Assembly (NCBI GenBank): GCA_020696385.1
Contig: JAEHCQ010000002.1
Coordinates: forward strand, 224,001-288,000
Origin: Methanobacteriota archaeon
Lineage (GTDB): Archaea > Thermoplasmatota > Thermoplasmata > SG8-5 > JAGLSY01
Direction of reading: 5' to 3'
Length of the DNA stretch: 64,000 bases
Shown here: positions 58,919-64,000 of the stretch, one piece after another
Position numbering within the stretch: position 1 is the stretch's first letter
How the letters are laid out: each line of letters begins with the position of its first letter
Program-made: the position numbers and the translations under genes
The notes under the pieces: generated by a model
The model's database searches: none
Seen by the model: the letters and a program-made list of their open reading frames with translations, nothing else
What the model was told of the DNA's origin: nothing

Positions 58919-60100
58919 CTACTTGATATCGATCGCCCTCTCCGGGCATAGCTCGTGGCAGCAAAAACATCTGATACATTTCTCATAATCCATCACAGCC
59001 AGCTTATCGATTATCTGAATACATTCTCTGGGGCACGCGCGCATGCAGTCACCACACCCGATGCACTTGTTCTTCGAGGGCACTGGCTTGTTCATATATC
59101 TTTTCACAAGGAATCGCCTGAGAGGTCGGGGTATTCTCATCCCACCCTTCTTTTTCCTGACTGCTGGCTCGAACTTGATGAATGGGAAAGTATCCAACTT
59201 GTCTCCTACGATCTCTATATCGGATAATTTGCCCGATACAAGCTTTCTGCTTATCGCATTTCGAAGTATCGGCAGATCTTTTGGGTCGAGTCCTACAAGA
59301 TTGGTGGCAATGATATCCAAAGCCGGGGCACTAGTACTGGCTATGATAGCTCCCGCCTTTTTCGGCTCTCCGCCTGAAGGCCCTTTGCCCTCCATCCCCA
59401 CAACTCCATCCATGATGGCCAGTGTGGGATTTATGAGCTGGGTCAGATCAAGAAGCATATCGGAGAAATCATCCGGATCTGGCAGTGTGGAATGATAAGT
59501 GGCCTTGGCCATACCTGGCACGAAGCCATAGCATATCTTCGTGGCTCCTGTGAAGCCGGTCAGCATATGTGTCTTCAGTTTGGGGAGTGTGATTATCTTA
59601 TCCACTTTGGGAACTATATCGAGAATTTCGAATGATTTGATAAGTTTGCCATTCGGATATGGGGTTCGTATCCCACCCAGGCCCATGTAGAGCTCGGCAT
59701 TGGTACCTTCGAGTGCCTGGGTGACACCCGATTTCTTGTAAGCGCGCTCAAGGCGACCTTTAGAGGCGGGACCGCCAGGGCTATCGCCCACGATAACCTT
59801 ACAGCCTGCTTCTTCCAGGATCTCGATTACCGCTTTTATCACAGCCGGGTGAGTGGTCACCGCCTCCTCTGGCTTCGAGCCCATCAGCAGATTGATCTTG
59901 ACAAATACACGATTGCCAGGCTTCACAAACTGCAAAATACCGCCCAGGCCATCTATGGATGATCTGATGGCCTTCGACACACTTATAGATTCATAATTAT
60001 CACATTTGACTATTGACACCACTGGTTTATGATTCGCACTGCCTGGATCGCTCATATTATCACTCTCTATTGGGATCTTTAAGATGAAAGGTTGTGTCAA
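58919..60100 (-). CDS. DUF362 protein with C-terminal 2[4Fe-4S] ferredoxin
   Basis: TTHP.V, PKLKTH..T.FTGA.K, MEG.GP..G and two CxxCxxCxxxCP motifs. Confidence 0.9.
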   Translation of the reverse strand: MTQPFILKIPIESDNMSDPGSANHKPVVSIVKCDNYESISVSKAIRSSIDGLGGILQFVKPGNRVFVKINLLMGSKPEEAVTTHPAVIKAVIEILEEAGCKVIVGDSPGGPASKGRLERAYKKSGVTQALEGTNAELYMGLGGIRTPYPNGKLIKSFEILDIVPKVDKIITLPKLKTHMLTGFTGATKICYGFVPGMAKATYHSTLPDPDDFSDMLLDLTQLINPTLAIMDGVVGMEGKGPSGGEPKKAGAIIASTSAPALDIIATNLVGLDPKDLPILRNAISRKLVSGKLSDIEIVGDKLDTFPFIKFEPAVRKKKGGMRIPRPLRRFLVKRYMNKPVPSKNKCIGCGDCMRACPRECIQIIDKLAVMDYEKCIRCFCCHELCPERAIDIK

Positions 60101-60651
60101 TTCATGCTCATTTCCAGGAATCTCATTTCCCTTCTCTTGCCTTCCAGGAATCGATAGACAGCGGCATGTTCGCTTCCTTCAAGCACCATCTCGGCCGCGC
60201 GCTTGGCCGCATTCAATGACACTATATCGCCTATCAGGCCGACCGTATTACCGTATATCACCATCTCCACCCCTGAAAGCTCCTCTATCAGACGTCGTGT
60301 CTTTCCACCGGTGCCGATTATCCTGGCCCTTACTCTTCTGACATGCTTCGAGTCCTTACCTGAATAATCCCTTATGTCCATGAGCTCGAGATAATTATCA
60401 TCATCGAAAAGGCGCATGGCATTGGGTGGGGAAAAGCCTCTGGCTATGGCCTTCACAACATCTCTAGCCGCCATTGCCTTGAAATTCGCACCTTCATTTT
60501 TACCTTCAGCTTTGAAGGAAAGGGACACATCCCCAGTCTTGGAATTGATCTTGATCTTGACCTCGCCAAGCCTTTCTATCAGCTTCTTGGTCTCTCCTTC
60601 TGGACCTATGAGTACAGCCACCCTTTCTTTGGGCATTCGGACAAACATCAT
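60097..60651 (-). CDS. dim2: KH-domain ribosome biogenesis factor Dim2/Pno1
   Basis: VLIG..G, AIARGFSP and RIIG.GGKTR; rio1 synteny. Confidence 0.92.
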   Translation of the reverse strand: MMFVRMPKERVAVLIGPEGETKKLIERLGEVKIKINSKTGDVSLSFKAEGKNEGANFKAMAARDVVKAIARGFSPPNAMRLFDDDNYLELMDIRDYSGKDSKHVRRVRARIIGTGGKTRRLIEELSGVEMVIYGNTVGLIGDIVSLNAAKRAAEMVLEGSEHAAVYRFLEGKRREMRFLEMSMN

Positions 60652-60768
60652 CAGGCATCATCTCCTTGATTCATAGCACTGATACATATCAGGCATCCTC
60701 TTTGATTCATAGCACTGATACATATCAGGCATCCTCTTTGATTCATAGCACTGATACACATCAGGCAT
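60651..60768. repeat. 36-bp x3 tandem repeat between rio1 and dim2
   Basis: TTGATTCATAGCACTGATACA(T/C)ATCAGGCATC units with no unique spacers. Confidence 0.95.
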
Positions 60769-61534
60769 CACCTTTTATCATCTTCAGCACCTCATCTTTA
60801 TCAGATTCCACACCATGCTTATTAAAGAAGTGGGTAATATTATTTATGTCCCTAATTAAGAACTCCTGAGCCATCGGATGGGTTACGAGTACTGCTTGAC
60901 CAACATCTATGATAACTGGTTCGCCATCCAACATCAAAATATTATACTCACTAAGATCACAATGTACGAGATCCGCATCCTGATACATCATTCTCATTTG
61001 TTCTACAAGATGAGTGAATATAGCTTCCGGATCTTCAAGTTCCACGTCCTTCATATGTCTGGCAGGAGTGTCCTTTGTTCCAATATATTCCATTACCACC
61101 ACATTGTTCTCACAAAACACTGGCCTGGGTACACGTATTCCATTTTCATGCATTCTATCCAGATTGCGAAACTCTTTCTGCGCCCACATGTATATGCCAC
61201 GCCTGTGGTTCTTTCCCACACCTCTGAAACGACGATCACCCTGTATGTATTTTTGAATATTCTTGAAGGTGGAATTTGAAACCCGATATATCTTAACAGC
61301 CAGTCGTTTGCCATCAATGGTATTTGCCCTGAAAACATTTCCTTCCTTTCCGGTTGCCAGAGGAAAGTCCAATACATCGATCACATTATTGGTCATCAGC
61401 TTGTATAAGGTCATCAAGGTCTTTTCGTCAAAAACCTCATCATAGGTCTTCCTCTGGTCAGAATCCTTATCACGGTATCTATAGGACATTATCTTGGATT
61501 CAAGCTCCATTCTCTTCTTTTCTGAAAATCCCAT
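60761..61534 (-). CDS. rio1: RIO1 serine/threonine kinase
   Basis: TGKEGNVF, AVKIY, HCDLSEYN and IDVGQAV. Confidence 0.95.
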   Translation of the reverse strand: MGFSEKKRMELESKIMSYRYRDKDSDQRKTYDEVFDEKTLMTLYKLMTNNVIDVLDFPLATGKEGNVFRANTIDGKRLAVKIYRVSNSTFKNIQKYIQGDRRFRGVGKNHRRGIYMWAQKEFRNLDRMHENGIRVPRPVFCENNVVVMEYIGTKDTPARHMKDVELEDPEAIFTHLVEQMRMMYQDADLVHCDLSEYNILMLDGEPVIIDVGQAVLVTHPMAQEFLIRDINNITHFFNKHGVESDKDEVLKMIKGDA

Positions 61535-61548
61535 ACTACCTCACGGGT

Positions 61549-61875
61549 CTAGAAAATATTGATAATCTCTGGAATAACACCTTTGCGTGCGAGGTTGGTT
61601 GCCTGGGTCCTGGTGTATCGATATATAATATCGCTCTTCTCATCCTGGAACTCCCATGGCCTGATTATGAGAAGGTCGCCTTCTCTTATCCACATCCTTT
61701 TCTTGAGCTTGCCTCTTATCCTGCCCATTCTGGATTCGCCATCGGCACACATTACCTTGATCTTCGAGGCCCCCATCAGCTGATCCGCTATGGCGAACAT
61801 CTCACGCTTCATCTTTTTGGGCATTGGTGAACGAACGTATTCACCATCGCCTTCTCCTGGTTTTACATATGCCAA
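61549..61875 (-). CDS. eif1a: Translation initiation factor aIF-1A
   Basis: C.DG..R.GRIRGKLKKRMWIREGD...PW.FQ. Confidence 0.96.
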   Translation of the reverse strand: MAYVKPGEGDGEYVRSPMPKKMKREMFAIADQLMGASKIKVMCADGESRMGRIRGKLKKRMWIREGDLLIIRPWEFQDEKSDIIYRYTRTQATNLARKGVIPEIINIF

Positions 61876-62052
61876 GTCAATTACCTGTCCTGGAGATATG
61901 AGAAGGAGTATAATAAGTTACCTTTCTCTGAAGCTAAGTAAACAAATACATTTGACCTTACTATGAATGAGAACGTGCTTTGGGGCTCGAGAAGGGCGTG
62001 AATAGGGCATCTGTGACCCTAACCCGAGTAGTGATGTGGTCGTTGGAATGGA

Positions 62053-63096
62053 TTATCCAGATATGCCATACACGGCCGCGGTCAGAAGCTTAATGAAATT
62101 AGTTAGATCATCCAAATGTATGACCTCCACTGATGAGTGGGAGTATCTCATTGGAATTCCAATCGGCATTGTGGCGGCTCCAGATTCCTGTAATGCCATA
62201 CCATCCGTGCTGCCTCCAGTCACCCCAAATTGTACCGGGATCTTGTTCTTGGTAGCTATCTTTGCCAGTTTCTCTCCAAAGCTGGGGGTGGCGATCACAC
62301 GGGCATCTACCATTCTCAATACTGGACCTTTCCCCATGTATACTGGCTCAAAGAAATCACCGAGACCGGGAGCGTCCGTTGTGGAATAGGTGTCAACAGG
62401 GATCGCATAATCCAATGGTATGCGATTGGATATCACTCTGGCTCCCCTCAATCCTATCTCTTCCTGCACACCCCAGACGAACAATACTTCATTTTTCAGC
62501 TTTTTTTCATCTATTTGTTTGAAGGTTTCAAGAAGGCCAGTGCATCCCGCTCTATTGTCCAGAGCTCGAGATACTACATATTTCTTATTCATTATGAAAT
62601 AATCTTTTTTCATCGTGATAGGCTGGAGAAGGCTGATCCCGAGCTTTTCCGTCTCCTCTCGACTTCTCGTTCCAAGGTCAATGCAGAGTTTGTCCCAGGT
62701 AGGTATTTTATCTTTTTCCTTTGGATCCAGCATGAGGTGTGGGGCATTGACACCAATGACGCCATAGACTGGTCCCTTTTTGGTATGAACTTCCACCGCC
62801 CTGCCAATGATCACCCTATCTTGTAATCCTCCTAATTTCTTGAACCTGAGAGTGCCATTGGCCAATATATTTGAAACAATGAATCCACATTCATCCATAT
62901 GAGCCATGAGGCCAAGCTTTGGTTTCTTTGGATCTGGCTTGCCCAATCTGACGATCAAGTTCCCCATCGTGTCCTCTTCCACATGCCCTTTGTTACCAAT
63001 GGAATCTTTGATATAATCTCTAACCGCCCCTTCATATCCAGGTACACCTGGGATCATAATCAATTCCTTCAATTGCTCTGATAATTTCACGATCAC
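62053..63096 (-). CDS. M42 family (TET-like) aminopeptidase
   Basis: AHMDE, ALDNR, QEEIGLRG and RYSHS. Confidence 0.94.
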   Translation of the reverse strand: MIVKLSEQLKELIMIPGVPGYEGAVRDYIKDSIGNKGHVEEDTMGNLIVRLGKPDPKKPKLGLMAHMDECGFIVSNILANGTLRFKKLGGLQDRVIIGRAVEVHTKKGPVYGVIGVNAPHLMLDPKEKDKIPTWDKLCIDLGTRSREETEKLGISLLQPITMKKDYFIMNKKYVVSRALDNRAGCTGLLETFKQIDEKKLKNEVLFVWGVQEEIGLRGARVISNRIPLDYAIPVDTYSTTDAPGLGDFFEPVYMGKGPVLRMVDARVIATPSFGEKLAKIATKNKIPVQFGVTGGSTDGMALQESGAATMPIGIPMRYSHSSVEVIHLDDLTNFIKLLTAAVYGISG

Positions 63097-63102
63097 ACCT
63101 CT

Positions 63103-64000
63103 TCATTTTTTGAGAAAGGGTAATCTCGTTACTATCCCATTAAACTTCCTTTTACCTTGTTGGAGGATGAGTTCAGTTCCTGCTTTGGCGTATTTTCTAT
63201 CGATCCTGGCTAGAGCGATAGCTTTTTCCAATGATGGGGAGAAATTACCACTGGTGACTGTGCCTATAGGCTCGGAGGAAAAAATATCTGATCGAGGGGG
63301 AGACCCCTCTGTTTCCTGTGGAAATTGATTATCAGCCTGTGAAGGGTCTGCGATACCTATTGGAGGAAGAATTTGTGCACCCGGGCGGGCTACACCTTTG
63401 CCTTCTAACATGATTCCGACAAGTCTTTGGTGAAGTTTCTCCTCTTTTTGTTTTACCAAAACATCCTTTCCTATGAAATCATGATCCCATTTGACCACCC
63501 AGGAACAATTGGATTCTAAAGAGCTGTGAGATCCTGTGAAATCCGTACCTGAAAGAAGGTATCCCATTTCCAATCTCAATGTATCACGAGCTCCAAGGCC
63601 GATCGGGATAAGACCATCCCCAGCTCCAATCTTGAATAAAAGATTCCAAAGTGGAACAGCATGTTCGTTCTTTATTATCAGTTCCATACCTTCTTCTCCC
63701 GTATATCCAGTACCTGATACTGTGATTATATCATCTACTTCGAAATCTATATCATTTGAAGGTAATATGATATCTTTGTCGATCTCGATATTATCAGAGT
63801 TAGTTGATATTACATTATAATAAGCAAATTTGAATCTCCCAATATCTCTGATACCTTGACCAAATATCTTGGAAAGAATATCCGCACTTTTTGGACCCTG
63901 GACTGCTAAACAAGAATAACTATTTGATAAATTATTAACACCTTCACTGATATTTTTATTCAACCAGGAATGTATCTTATCAATAGAAGCAGCGTTTGGT
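63103..64000 (-). CDS. gcvT: Glycine cleavage aminomethyltransferase T, 5' end outside the window
   Basis: AVQGP, TGYTGE.G.E, GLGARDTLRLE.G and VTSG.FSP.L...IA. Confidence 0.92.
   Translation of the reverse strand, partial: PNAASIDKIHSWLNKNISEGVNNLSNSYSCLAVQGPKSADILSKIFGQGIRDIGRFKFAYYNVISTNSDNIEIDKDIILPSNDIDFEVDDIITVSGTGYTGEEGMELIIKNEHAVPLWNLLFKIGAGDGLIPIGLGARDTLRLEMGYLLSGTDFTGSHSSLESNCSWVVKWDHDFIGKDVLVKQKEEKLHQRLVGIMLEGKGVARPGAQILPPIGIADPSQADNQFPQETEGSPPRSDIFSSEPIGTVTSGNFSPSLEKAIALARIDRKYAKAGTELILQQGKRKFNGIVTRLPFLKK

Noticed and set aside
60651-60768. CRISPR array
   Set aside because: The 36-bp units are contiguous and near-identical, with no unique spacers and no cas genes.

Overview
Core-chromosome segment of an archaeon, most consistent with Thermoplasmatota (inferred from gene content, not tested phylogenetically). 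It carries rpl11-spt5-secE-ftsZ, tiaS, thermosome, pop5, a second ftsZ, dph2, mfnA, NAC, Sm, pgk, GPN GTPase, adk, rio1-dim2, aIF-1A, an M42 peptidase and a partial gcvT. It also has four tRNAs (Thr-CGT with a D-loop intron, Lys-CTT, Ala-TGC with a canonical intron, Arg-CCT), three ABC systems, two STAND/TPR proteins, a 1547-aa beta-helix/coiled-coil surface protein and a hydroxyproline-dehydratase-type glycyl radical enzyme with its activase. No CRISPR array, integrase or transposase is visible. The most unusual signal is non-coding. (i) The same ~75-bp two-hairpin cassette sits behind two different tRNAs, each time followed by a copy of that tRNA's own 3' end. (ii) tRNA ends are re-copied in sense and antisense orientation. 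(iii) A dispersed family of GA-N7-GA/GCGNAGC-looped hairpins occurs, including a leader shared by two chaperone genes. (iv) A CTCCGAGCAGG-headed palindromic element flanks an AT-rich gene. (v) Many locally seeded palindromic tandem duplications occur, some in frame inside genes. In addition, tiaS appears to need a non-canonical ATT start. All calls come from reading the sequence; no database search or folding calculation was run.
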